Of a stretch of DNA of 64,000 nucleotides, positions 39,129 through 46,856 are shown piece after piece. Positions within the stretch are counted from its first letter, which is position 1; each line of letters begins with the position of its first letter. Below the pieces are notes generated by a model. The model had not been told where the DNA came from. It made no database searches and saw nothing but the letters and a program-made list of their open reading frames with translations. Where the stretch lies: NCBI GenBank assembly GCA_043812155.1, contig JBDRMK010000017.1:146509-210508 (forward strand). Reading direction: 5' to 3'. The DNA comes from Patescibacteria group bacterium. Its GTDB lineage: Bacteria > Patescibacteriota > Patescibacteriia > JAXHNJ01. A program made the translations under genes and the position numbers.

Positions 39129-42100
39129 TTAAGGAATAATCAATTGCCAGCCGATTTGAATAACGCCAGGATTAGTGGACAAAGTCGGATAAACGGATTT
39201 ATTCGCTTCAATAATCTTGGTGTAATCGCTTCCCTTGCCGTAGAATCTTTCGGCAATCTTCCATAATGAATCGCCGGCGACCGCTTGGTATCTGACGCCC
39301 GAAGCAAACTGATAAACAGTCGGCAAAGACTCGACCGCTGATTTTTCCTGGATGAAATCCACGGCGTTGGAAATTCTTGAGGCCTCGCCCGATGAACTGA
39401 AAGCCTGGGTCGTAACGCTGTGGCTGCCTTCCTGCAAATCGGAAAGCGGCAAAGTGTAGGCAAAAGAAGCGGTATTGTTACTGACGCTGTTGGTGACATT
39501 AAACTCGCCGACATATTCACCGTCCACGTAAACCTTGATCAAAGAATCATTGTAAGCGACACCGCGAATGATGACTGTCGGGTTATCACCATCAGTGAAA
39601 ATGGGTTTTAAAAGCGTCGGGGTGATGTAAGGTAAGTCCACGGTGAAGGTGATTTTCGGCGAACGCTCGGAATAAACGCCGGCCGTGTTTCTGGCAATGG
39701 TATAAACGGTATGAGTCCCCTTGTTTAAATTACTCTTTAACTTATAAGCGAAAGAGCCAGTGCCGGAAGTATGGTTAGTGCTTAAAACCGTTCCGATCAT
39801 ATCGCTGTCAATAAAAATAAAGATGGTATTATTTGAGCGAGCCAAGCCGGTGATCGTCGGTAAAACCGTATCAACCGTTGAATTATCCGTAGGATAAATC
39901 AAAGTCGGTGAAGCCAGATAAACTTCCTCCTCCGATTCTTCAGCTGCTTCCTCGTTGGTTGCGAAAGTCGCGTCCGCGTCAAAAGTGGTGGTGTTGCCCG
40001 TGCTTAAAACTTCATAATGATAAGTGCTGCCGGCGGTCAATCCAGTGATAGTGATGGAGTGGCTGACGGTTAAATTACTGTCGTATATTTCACTACCGTA
40101 AGCGGTGGTCAAACCGTATCTGACTTTGGAATCGGCGGCGTGATTGGTTGTCCAGGTCACCTTGACCGAAGTCGTGCTTAGGGCTTCTGACTGGACGTTG
40201 GTAATAACTGTGGGCTCTAAAGTTGAAGTGGCAAAACTCTGGCTGGAATAAACGGATTCGTTGTTTGCCCGGTCTTTGGCCACTGGCTTGACATAATAAG
40301 TCTGGCCGGCGGAAAGGCCGGTTAAAGTCGCGGAATGCGTCGTGGTTAAATTGGAATCTTCGGTCGTGGTATTGCCCAGACTGTCAGTCAGGCCCCAGGC
40401 AACCTGCGTTTTTGTCGCTTCATCTGTTTGCCAAGTCACCACGGCGGTAAAAGTGGTGGTATCAATATCAAAATTAGAAACCGTGGCCGGAATCGTATCC
40501 TTTAAAACATAGAAACCGTCATTCAAAACTTCCCTGTAATTGCCGGCTGTGTCATAAACCCGGAAAGAAACATAATTTGTCCCTTGCTGTAAACCGCTAA
40601 AATTCACGGCCCAGGGCGTGGTATAAGAAGTTGCGTCATCCGTATAAATATTGGTCCAGCTAAGAATATCGCTTCCGCCCTGACTGGTGCCGATGGCATA
40701 CTGGGCGTAATCCAAAGGCGCGCCGCCGTTGGAAAGGAAAGATACCGGATAAGTCGTGCCGGCTGTATTGCGCCAGGTATCATCTCCGGTCTGATTATTT
40801 ACGACTTCCGGTGAAGTCACGTCTACTTTATAGGGCCCTAGATCCAAAGTCGCGCCGGCATCAGCGGCAACATCATCGCCGTTATAGGCCTTAACATGCA
40901 AATACCAACTCCCCTCGCTGGTCGCGGTTAATTCTTTGGTGTCTGAAGACCATTGGGTTTCTGTGTCGTTAAAGACGTATGTTTCATTTTGGTTCCAGAC
41001 ATAACGATAGTATTGGACTCCGCCGGCCCCAAAGCCGGCTTCATTGGTGAATGTAAAATTTAAATCATTTGTCCAAGCACTTTCTGTCCCATCTGAAGTA
41101 ACATCAGCGGCAGCCGCTAAAGTATATTTAGCTTCGCCGGCAATGGCGCCGTTTTCTTCACTATCGCCATTTCTGGTTTTGGCGTCAAAAGTATATTCGG
41201 TGTTGGCGACTAATCCGCTTTTCTCCCAGGTATTGGTCTGCAGCCAGCCGGAGTTGGTGGCCGTGGCGCTTTCAGTAAAATATATCCCAGAAGTACCGGA
41301 AGCTAGATTGGAAATTAACCCTTTACTAGAAACAGTAATAGCATTTTTGCCTACTGAATCAAATGATAAACCAGTTGGAGATTCAATGGAAGTATAAACA
41401 CTCCGATTATCAGTATTATCCGTGTTACAGGAATTTTGCGCCTGAAGATACCGGGTATATTGTGTGTTAGCGGATAAAGAATTTTCCTGCCAAGAAACAG
41501 TGTTAGCCGCCAAATCGCCGGATTTATTATTATTACCCGTATCCATTACCCGATAGTTAGCTTCATCAGAAATATCTTCCCAACTCCAGGTGATTGAACT
41601 TTCAGTCTGGCTAGAATGTCCAAGATAACTTCCTTCAGGTGACACTGGCATACTAACTAAAGGATTAACCGTAATAGTTTTTGTTAAAGAATCATAATAA
41701 TCTTCCGAAGGAAAAGGGACAACAACTCTGAATTTGATGGTTTGAGTACCGGCTGAGTTCCCATACACCGTCTTACTCCAAGTTGCTGTTTCAGGACTAG
41801 ATGAGCCATAATACGTGCCTGATGAAACCTTAATAGGCGTTGAAGTTGTCATCGCACTGCCGTTTACTAAACCAAGATACTCGGTTGAAGTAGTACAAGT
41901 CGTTCCCGGTGCACTGTCTCTAAAATATCCGGAAAAAGTAAATGAGGCACCTTTGCAAATCGTCTGATCTGAAGCCGGTGCCGTGACAGTAACGGTATAT
42001 GGTTCCGTACAAGTAATTGCCGCTTGCACAGTCGATATTTTAAAGTTAAATATAAAAAATGATGTAGCCAAGCCAATGAAAGTCAAAAACACCGTGAAAA

Positions 42101-42362
42101 AGCTCAAGGCGTATTTTTTGTAGGTTAAATACCGGGAATAAGAAACAATAAATTCGCCTTTTTCATCCCGGCCGGCTAAACTGGAAAAACTGTCATAAGG
42201 GAGATTTTTCAGGAAATGGGGCAAATAAGCCAGACTGAATAGGATTTCCTGAAAAATGACTGGCAAACACTTAAGACAGCGCTTTATCCCTTTTGGTGTT
42301 TCATTAAAGCACTTTAACCGCTTTTTATGGGCATTGTAAGTTTTTATTAGCAAATTATCCAT
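39129..42362 (-). CDS. Large surface protein with FN3/Ig-like repeats and C-terminal LysM
   Basis: TM anchor near residue 90; W.T..A.S.V.YG.T FN3-like repeats; LysM nearly identical to that of 33350..36880. Confidence 0.85.
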   Translation of the reverse strand: MDNLLIKTYNAHKKRLKCFNETPKGIKRCLKCLPVIFQEILFSLAYLPHFLKNLPYDSFSSLAGRDEKGEFIVSYSRYLTYKKYALSFFTVFLTFIGLATSFFIFNFKISTVQAAITCTEPYTVTVTAPASDQTICKGASFTFSGYFRDSAPGTTCTTSTEYLGLVNGSAMTTSTPIKVSSGTYYGSSSPETATWSKTVYGNSAGTQTIKFRVVVPFPSEDYYDSLTKTITVNPLVSMPVSPEGSYLGHSSQTESSITWSWEDISDEANYRVMDTGNNNKSGDLAANTVSWQENSLSANTQYTRYLQAQNSCNTDNTDNRSVYTSIESPTGLSFDSVGKNAITVSSKGLISNLASGTSGIYFTESATATNSGWLQTNTWEKSGLVANTEYTFDAKTRNGDSEENGAIAGEAKYTLAAAADVTSDGTESAWTNDLNFTFTNEAGFGAGGVQYYRYVWNQNETYVFNDTETQWSSDTKELTATSEGSWYLHVKAYNGDDVAADAGATLDLGPYKVDVTSPEVVNNQTGDDTWRNTAGTTYPVSFLSNGGAPLDYAQYAIGTSQGGSDILSWTNIYTDDATSYTTPWAVNFSGLQQGTNYVSFRVYDTAGNYREVLNDGFYVLKDTIPATVSNFDIDTTTFTAVVTWQTDEATKTQVAWGLTDSLGNTTTEDSNLTTTHSATLTGLSAGQTYYVKPVAKDRANNESVYSSQSFATSTLEPTVITNVQSEALSTTSVKVTWTTNHAADSKVRYGLTTAYGSEIYDSNLTVSHSITITGLTAGSTYHYEVLSTGNTTTFDADATFATNEEAAEESEEEVYLASPTLIYPTDNSTVDTVLPTITGLARSNNTIFIFIDSDMIGTVLSTNHTSGTGSFAYKLKSNLNKGTHTVYTIARNTAGVYSERSPKITFTVDLPYITPTLLKPIFTDGDNPTVIIRGVAYNDSLIKVYVDGEYVGEFNVTNSVSNNTASFAYTLPLSDLQEGSHSVTTQAFSSSGEASRISNAVDFIQEKSAVESLPTVYQFASGVRYQAVAGDSLWKIAERFYGKGSDYTKIIEANKSVYPTLSTNPGVIQIGWQLIIP

Positions 42363-42507
42363 CCTTAATAATTACCACTAAATATAGCTAGCTAAAATTG
42401 GGCAATTAATACGCCCTTATATATATTATACGCTAAAATTAGCCATTTGTCAAGAGCAAATAAGCTAAAACTTGATATTTATTCATATTTAATTTATCCT
42501 TTTAAAT

Positions 42508-42762
42508 ATGAGCAAGGATAAAAAAAGAAAATTTCAAGCTATTATTAACCAAAATCAGTTTGTTAACCTTCAGAATTCTAAAAATACTGAATCTTCAAAA
42601 ATAAAAGAAACAACAGATAGATTTTTAAGAAGTGATCTGCTAAAGGTATTCGGTCTCGCTATTAGTATTATTGCCATTTATATTGTTCTATTTTTTTATG
42701 ATTCAAACACAGGAAAAATTACTGTTTTTGCGGAAAAAATTTCTAATGTACTTATAAAATAA
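42508..42762 (+). CDS. Small hypothetical membrane protein
   Basis: 84-aa ORF with one TM helix, preceded by a promoter-like AT-rich sequence. Confidence 0.55.
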   Translation: MSKDKKRKFQAIINQNQFVNLQNSKNTESSKIKETTDRFLRSDLLKVFGLAISIIAIYIVLFFYDSNTGKITVFAEKISNVLIK

Positions 42763-42893
42763 TTTTGCGACACATTATTTTGTCTAATAATAGCGAAATA
42801 TAGTAATTTATATCATCTATTTTCGGAAATATTGTTAATTTTACATGGATTTTTAATGAAAATTCATCTAATATTAGCCTCAAAATGACCAAA

Positions 42894-42909
42894 TGTTCCA
42901 CGTGGAACA
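42894..42909. promoter_or_regulatory. parS site (ParB-binding centromere)
   Basis: Perfect palindrome TGTTCCACGTGGAACA matching the parS consensus TGTTNCACGTGAAACA; palindrome extends over 42891-42912. Confidence 0.85.
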
Positions 42910-42926
42910 TTTTTAAAACCTAATAC

Positions 42927-42998
42927 GCCCCCATAGTTCAACGGATAGAACAATCCCGTCCTAAGGGATGGATCTGGGTTCAATTCCTGGTGGGGGCA
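42927..42998 (+). tRNA. tRNA-Arg(CCT), no encoded CCA
   Basis: GCCCCCA/TGGGGGC acceptor; anticodon arm atccc-gtCCTaa-gggat; GGTTCAATTCC. Confidence 0.88.
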
Positions 42999-43007
42999 TA
43001 ATAATCA

Positions 43008-43095
43008 TCGATTCTCGTAGTGAACACCGCTATTCGCGAATGGCGGGGTGAACGAAGATCCCGCAACCCAAAGTGGTGCGGGACTGGTGGGGGCA
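43008..43095 (+). pseudogene. 3' fragment of tRNA-Arg(CCT) interrupted by a 69-nt hairpin insertion
   Basis: tcgattc[...]ctggtgggggca repeats the 3' end of the upstream tRNA. Confidence 0.7.
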
Positions 43096-43147
43096 TATCC
43101 CCTGCCCTAAATTATTATTAATCAGCAGGGGATTAAACAAATAATAC

Positions 43148-43331
43148 GGGGATATAGTACAGTGGCAGTACGCGGCATTCGCACCCGCCTCCCGGAGTAC
43201 GGGCCGTTAGCTCAGTTGGTAGAGCGTCGCATTCGCATTGCGAAGGTCGGGAGTTCGAATCTCCCACGGTCCATTGCCCGTACGGCGGTCAGGTTGCCGA
43301 GACTCAGGGAAGACTCCCGGTATCTCCACCA
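43148..43331 (+). pseudogene. Outer, split tRNA-Ala(CGC) with CCA; 110-nt insert at anticodon position 37/38
   Basis: 43148-43183 and 43294-43331 rejoin to GGGGATA..cggca-ttCGCat-tgccg..TATCTCC-A-CCA with G3:U70; T loop degenerate (GAAGACT). Confidence 0.8.
43201..43273 (+). tRNA. tRNA-Ala(CGC), nested inside the outer split tRNA-Ala
   Basis: GGGCCGT/ACGGTCC with G3:U70; tcgca-ttCGCat-tgcga; GTTCGAATC. Confidence 0.93.
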
Positions 43332-43365
43332 AATATTAGCAGTTAGGCTCATTGTGTGAAAATTT

Positions 43366-43443
43366 GGGGTTTCCCGCCACAAAAAACAAGAAAAGGGGCA
43401 GGACCCCGCCAGCTGGCGGTGGCGAGTCCCCTCGGGTCCACCA
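43366..43443 (+). pseudogene. Orphan 3' fragment of a tRNA-Ala with CCA; 51-nt insertion in the T loop
   Basis: ggggtt[tcccgccac..ccgccagctggcggtgg]cgagtcccctcgggtccacca. Confidence 0.75.
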
Positions 43444-43468
43444 AGTATATATTTTACATTAATAGATC

Positions 43469-43741
43469 ATGAAATTTGACGCATTTCTACTTGTATATTA
43501 TTTTGCCGGTGTTATTCAAGATTTTTTGCTAACACTAAATTGGCGCTATGTCGCAAAAGAAAAGGCGTTGTTAGCTTCTGTATTTTTATTTTCTACGATG
43601 TTCGTAACAATGGTTGTTTTATATAATATCTTTACTCGGTTAGATAACGAAAGAAGTATATTAGCTATAATAGTCTATTCACTAGGTGTTTGCACCGGCA
43701 CATTTTTAGGAGTAAAAATGAAAATTGGCCATAAATTGTAA
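43469..43741 (+). CDS. Small three-TM membrane protein (DUF5698-like)
   Basis: 90 aa, hydrophobic, I.YSLG..TGTFLG motif; AT-rich. Confidence 0.55.
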   Translation: MKFDAFLLVYYFAGVIQDFLLTLNWRYVAKEKALLASVFLFSTMFVTMVVLYNIFTRLDNERSILAIIVYSLGVCTGTFLGVKMKIGHKL

Positions 43742-43787
43742 ATTTGTATTAATTACTCTATAATGTGCTTACATTATCAATAATTCT

Positions 43788-43898
43788 GGGCCTCTAGCTC
43801 ATTTGGTATCCCTGGCCCTATGGTCCGGCCCCTGGCAGAGCCGGGATCCCGGTTAAAAAACCAGGGAGACCCCGGCGCAAAGCGCCAGGGGGAGCGCT
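43788..43898 (+). pseudogene. Orphan 5' fragment of tRNA-Ala with a composite palindromic insertion in the D loop
   Basis: gggcctctagctcatttggta[83 nt of hairpins]gagcgct. Confidence 0.7.
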
Positions 43899-43928
43899 GT
43901 AAATTAAACAATTTATTAATATAATTTT

Positions 43929-44202
43929 GGGCCTCTAGCTCATTTTCCGCCAAAGGCGGATCCGCGCTCCGTCGCCCAAGCTATGGAGCGTCGGCGACCT
44001 CTGGCGGAGGATAGAGCGCCCCGCACTTTTTTGGGCCTGTGGCGCAACTGGTAGCGCGCCTCCATGGCATGGAGGAGGTTGTGGGTTCGAGACCCATCAG
44101 GTCCAGAAAAGTGCGGGGAGATGAGGGGTTTCCCGCCACAAAAAATTAAAAAAGAGGCGGGACCCCGCCAACTGGCGGTGGCGATCCCCCTGAGGTCCAC
44201 CA
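43929..44202 (+). pseudogene. Outer tRNA-Ala shell with insertions in the D loop, anticodon arm and T loop, ending in CCA
   Basis: GGGCCTC/GAGGTCC-A-CCA acceptor; AGGGG-TT|CGATC-CCCCT T arm; 12-bp stem 44019-44030/44107-44118 encloses the intact tRNA. Confidence 0.8.
44033..44105 (+). tRNA. tRNA-Ala(GGC), nested inside the outer tRNA-Ala shell
   Basis: GGGCCTG/CAGGTCC with G3:U70; cctcc-atGGCat-ggagg; GGTTCGAGACC. Confidence 0.92.
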
Positions 44203-44242
44203 ATAAAAAAACAGCTTTTTCCGTTAATAGCTGTTTTTTTGT

Positions 44243-44857
44243 TTATTTATGCGCGTACAAAGTAGGATGCATTATATAACCGATTTCCGTCAAAAAACCA
44301 ATTTGACAAAGCATCGGTTTCAATATTTCCCCGGTTTTTTGGCCCATACGCTCATGATAACAGGCGATAGCAAAATTTTTAGTAATTTCCAGCATTTTTC
44401 GCATACCTTCAAAAGCTTCCAATTCAGAGCCTTCGATATCCATTTTTACAAAATCTATTGTAATTAACCCAATTTTAGTAATTTCATTATCAAGGGTAGT
44501 TGTTTGAATTTTTATCCCTGCTGACTGATTATTTACAATCGATTTTGAATTATTTGGAAAAAAATTTGTTTGGCCTATTTTATTTAAAATTGCTTTATTT
44601 ATAAGAATAATATTACTAAAGTTTGAATTTTGTACATTTTTTTGCAAAATATTAAAATTTTGCGGATCCGGTTCAAAGGCAATCACTTTTCCTTTTTTAC
44701 CCACTTTTTTTGCCGCCATAAGAGTAAAGCCGCCTAAGTATGCCCCAGCGTCAATAATAATATCCCCTTCCTTTATCTTATATTTTCTTAGAAAACCATA
44801 ACTTGTAACCGCGGTGCCGAAATAATCCAGGCTTTTTTTAATAAAGACACTAATCAT
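44243..44857 (-). CDS. FkbM family methyltransferase
   Basis: IDAGAYLGG, AFEP, TTLD, KMDIEGSE; very AT-rich. Confidence 0.9.
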   Translation of the reverse strand: MISVFIKKSLDYFGTAVTSYGFLRKYKIKEGDIIIDAGAYLGGFTLMAAKKVGKKGKVIAFEPDPQNFNILQKNVQNSNFSNIILINKAILNKIGQTNFFPNNSKSIVNNQSAGIKIQTTTLDNEITKIGLITIDFVKMDIEGSELEAFEGMRKMLEITKNFAIACYHERMGQKTGEILKPMLCQIGFLTEIGYIMHPTLYAHK

Positions 44858-44995
44858 AATTATAAGTATACTCCTTGTTTGAACTTATAAAAATGGTTTA
44901 GTAACACCCCCCCCTCGAAAAAGATATCTTTGCTAAAAACTCTTGACTTCATGTTCTAATCTGCTCCCCCCTCGCGTTTTTTATTATTTGAATAT

Positions 44996-45056
44996 TTGAC
45001 TTAACAGTAATATACGCATATAATATAGATACTCCCCCCCAGTATACCCCCCCTAC
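44996..45056 (+). promoter_or_regulatory. sigma70 promoter with CsoR/RcnR-type operator
   Basis: TTGACT-17-TATAAT (44996-45024), then ATACT-C7-AGTAT (45029-45045) and a second C7 tract. Confidence 0.75.
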
Positions 45057-45092
45057 ACTAATTAAGCTAAATACAGCCAAAAAATAAAAAAT

Positions 45093-45347
45093 ATGAAACA
45101 ATCGCCTGTTAAATCACGCCTCCACCGTTTAGTTGGACAAATTCAAGGCGTGGAAAAGATGATGGAAAGCAACCGCGACTGCCAGGAAATTATCCAGCAG
45201 CTCATGGCGGCCCGGGCTTCTTTGGAAAAAATCTGCTTGGCTATTCTTCACGACGAAACTTCCAGCTGTTTTATCGGCCAAAAAAACTCCAAGGAAAAAT
45301 TAAAAGATCTGGAATATATCACCCATAATTTATTTAAAATTAAATAA
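45093..45347 (+). CDS. CsoR/RcnR family metal/sulfur-sensing repressor
   Basis: RL.RL.GQIQGV.KM....C.EI.QQL.A.R.SL; H...C. Confidence 0.88.
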   Translation: MKQSPVKSRLHRLVGQIQGVEKMMESNRDCQEIIQQLMAARASLEKICLAILHDETSSCFIGQKNSKEKLKDLEYITHNLFKIK

Positions 45348-45358
45348 AGGAAAATTTT

Positions 45359-45682
45359 ATGTCCGAAATCACTTTAACCGACCAAAACTTTGAAGCCGAA
45401 GTATTAAAAGAAGAAAATATGCCCATTTTGGTTGATTTTTGGGCCACCTGGTGCGGACCTTGCCAGATGCAGGGCCCGATTATCGAAAAACTGGCGGAAG
45501 AAATGACAGGCAAAGCAAAAGTGGGAAAAATTGATGTGGATCAAAGTCCGAATATGGCGGAAAAATTCGGGGTGAAAAGTATACCCACTCTGATGATTTT
45601 CAAAAAAGGGGAAATAGTTTGGCAATCAACGGGCTTACAGACCCAAGATAAGCTCATGGTGGAATTGAATAAACATATTTAG
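45359..45682 (+). CDS. trxA: Thioredoxin
   Basis: VDFWATWCGPC, SIPTL. Confidence 0.96.
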   Translation: MSEITLTDQNFEAEVLKEENMPILVDFWATWCGPCQMQGPIIEKLAEEMTGKAKVGKIDVDQSPNMAEKFGVKSIPTLMIFKKGEIVWQSTGLQTQDKLMVELNKHI

Positions 45683-45712
45683 CACATTAGACTTATAATT
45701 AAAAACACTGGA

Positions 45713-45856
45713 TAAATTACAAATTTCAATACCCAAATTACAAATAAATTCCAATGCCCAAAATCTCAAAATCCAAAACGACGCAACGGTTTCGGTCATT
45801 AGGTAATTGGAATTTCGATTTTATTTGAATTTTGTTTTTTGTAATTTGGAATTTTT
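45713..45856. repeat. Two heptamer arrays in inverted orientation (long imperfect hairpin) between trxA and trxB
   Basis: aaattac/aaatttc/aataccc/aaattcc.. then ..ggtaatt/ggaattt/gtaattt/ggaattt. Confidence 0.65.
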
Positions 45857-45901
45857 AATTGAATAAATAGGATTAGCTTAACAAAAAAAACTAACATAAC
45901 T

Positions 45902-46846
45902 ATGAAATATGACGTCATAATCGTTGGCGCCGGGGCGGCCGGTCTATCCGCCGCCCTTTATACCAGCCGCCGAAATTTAAAAACCTTAGTTATATCAGAA
46001 GATATCGGCGGCCAAGGAGCAATGGCGGGCACGATCGAAAATTATCCCGGGCTGGAAGAGACGACCGGGCCGAAACTGATGACGGAATTTTACAGCCAGG
46101 CCCAAAAATTCGGGGCGGAAATAAAGACCGAAGAGGTTTTAAGCATTCAAAAAAAAGAGGATAAATTCCTGGTCAAAACCAATACCAAAGAATCAACCGC
46201 TTCAGCCGTAATTCTTGCTTTCGGACTTTCTCACCGTCATCTGAACGTGCTGGGCGAGGAAAAATTCATCGGCAAAGGCGTGGCCTACTGCGCCACTTGC
46301 GACGCTCCGCTTTACAAAGGGAAAACCGCGGCCGTGGTCGGCGGAGGAAATTCGGCCCTGGACGCCGCCTTGCTTTTGGCCAAAAATTCGCCGAAAGTAT
46401 ATTTAATTTATCGGGGCGATAAATTATCAGGCGAAGATATATTGATCAAGCAAATACTAAGCCAGCCGAATATTGAAGTGTTGTTCAAAACTCAAATAAC
46501 GGAAATCAAAGGCGAAGCGAGCGTCAATAAAATCGTGATTTCCCAGAATAATCAGGAAAAAGAACTGGAAACCGCCGGCGTTTTCGTGGAAATCGGCTAT
46601 GAAGTAAAGTCTGATTTTATAAAAGGCCTGGTCAGTCAAGATGAAAAAAAACAAATAATCATTGACTTGGATGGAAAAACTTCCGAGGAAGGAATTTTCG
46701 CCGCTGGCGATGTCACCAACATCTCTTTTAAACAGGTGATTATTTCCGCGGGCGAAGGAGCGAAAGCGGCTCTTTCCTGCCATAAATACCTGCAGTCCCA
46801 AGGATTGACCAAGGGAGTCTTTATTGATTGGGGTAAGAAAAAATAA
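45902..46846 (+). CDS. trxB: Thioredoxin reductase
   Basis: GAGAAG, IENYPG, YCATCD, VGGGNSA, FAAGDV. Confidence 0.93.
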   Translation: MKYDVIIVGAGAAGLSAALYTSRRNLKTLVISEDIGGQGAMAGTIENYPGLEETTGPKLMTEFYSQAQKFGAEIKTEEVLSIQKKEDKFLVKTNTKESTASAVILAFGLSHRHLNVLGEEKFIGKGVAYCATCDAPLYKGKTAAVVGGGNSALDAALLLAKNSPKVYLIYRGDKLSGEDILIKQILSQPNIEVLFKTQITEIKGEASVNKIVISQNNQEKELETAGVFVEIGYEVKSDFIKGLVSQDEKKQIIIDLDGKTSEEGIFAAGDVTNISFKQVIISAGEGAKAALSCHKYLQSQGLTKGVFIDWGKKK

Positions 46847-46856
46847 ATAAATAAAT

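Noticed and set aside
43100-44210. CRISPR array or group I/II introns as the explanation for the repeats in the tRNA cluster
   Set aside because: No regularly spaced identical repeats or cas genes. Inserts are 30-110 nt, too short for self-splicing introns and without visible core motifs.
43162-44279. ORFs 43162..43359, 43940..44203 and 44064..44279
   Set aside because: They overlap tRNAs and GC-rich palindromes and have no protein-like features.
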